DNA of 25,401 nucleotides. Source: Oculatellaceae cyanobacterium bins.114. Lineage in GTDB: Bacteria > Cyanobacteriota > Cyanobacteriia > Elainellales > Elainellaceae. Both the position numbers and the translations under genes were made by a program. The DNA lies in assembly GCA_033764315.1 (NCBI GenBank), contig JANRJA010000127.1, positions 1-25,401 on the forward strand. Direction: 5' to 3'. Positions 24,927 through 25,401 of the stretch are shown piece after piece (the first letter of the stretch is position 1; each line of letters starts with the position of its first letter). The notes beneath the pieces are model-generated. The model was not told the DNA's origin. It searched no databases and saw nothing but the letters and a program-made list of their open reading frames with translations.

Positions 24927-25401
24927 ATGAATTTACCTCTCGTCTTCGATATTGCCACAGGCATCATCTTTATTTATTTAATTCTCAGTTTATTAACATC
25001 TGAAATTCAGGAAATTCTGGCTACTTTATTGCAATGGAGAGCAGAACATCTCAAGAAATCAGTAGAGATTTTGTTGACAAATAATATATCAGACGAGCCA
25101 AATGCTTATCGGTTTGCTGATGATTTATATAGTAGTTCAACCATTCAATCACTCAATCAAGAAGCAAAGGGTCCTTTTGCCCGCTTATTTCGCACCTTAG
25201 GTCATCGAGTCGGAGACGCCTATCGAACTGTCAGCGGCAACCGCAACGTTTTTGGACGAGAGCGTAGTGGTCCCTCTTACATTCCCGCAGACTCCTTTTC
25301 AACCGCTCTACTCCAAAAGCTCAATGTTGAAACTGTTTCTTATCGAGTCAGTGAACTCACTCTACAAAAGTTTATTGACGACAAAATGGAGCAACTGCAA
25401 G
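24927..25401 (+). CDS. Conserved hypothetical membrane protein, 5' part (runs off window end)
   Basis: Open frame from ATG 24927: MNLPLVFDIATGIIFIYLILSLLTSEIQEILATLLQWRAEHLKKSVEILL...SGPSYIPADSFSTALL, with an N-terminal TM helix. Confidence 0.85.
   Translation, partial: MNLPLVFDIATGIIFIYLILSLLTSEIQEILATLLQWRAEHLKKSVEILLTNNISDEPNAYRFADDLYSSSTIQSLNQEAKGPFARLFRTLGHRVGDAYRTVSGNRNVFGRERSGPSYIPADSFSTALLQKLNVETVSYRVSELTLQKFIDDKMEQLQ

Larger units (their letters stand above)
1..25401. repeat. HIP1 octamer GCGATCGC dispersed throughout
   Basis: Dozens of GCGATCGC copies in coding and non-coding DNA, a cyanobacterial signature. Confidence 0.95.

Overview
Cyanobacterial chromosomal window (many HIP1 GCGATCGC octamers, psbD 5' end, cyanobacterial-type rnpB). 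Left: 5' end of psbD, a divergent UPF0367 + ABC ATPase pair and a GT2-like glycosyltransferase. Centre (2.8-15.1 kb): a ~12 kb nitrogen-salvage cluster combining a BMP/CUT2 ABC importer, formamidase (AmiF), biuret and triuret hydrolases (BiuH, TrtA), a stand-alone allophanate-hydrolase C-terminal domain and the URC uracil-catabolism core (URC4, URC1-type GTP cyclohydrolase II, upp). Most gene junctions carry heptamer-repeat (STRR-like) purine/pyrimidine arms, and one pair encloses an antisense four-helix-bundle gene. Right: rnpB (STRR-expanded P12), rnc, an oxidoreductase, several MITE/REP-like elements, an orphan sensor kinase and a candidate sRNA. These are followed by a TrcR-like RHH repressor whose putative operator overlaps divergent promoters driving a leader ORF, a putative attenuator and an alr0857-like gene, and then a GNAT, a 59-aa C4 zinc-finger microprotein and a partial membrane protein. 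Family assignments come from motif recognition and memory; no searches were run.
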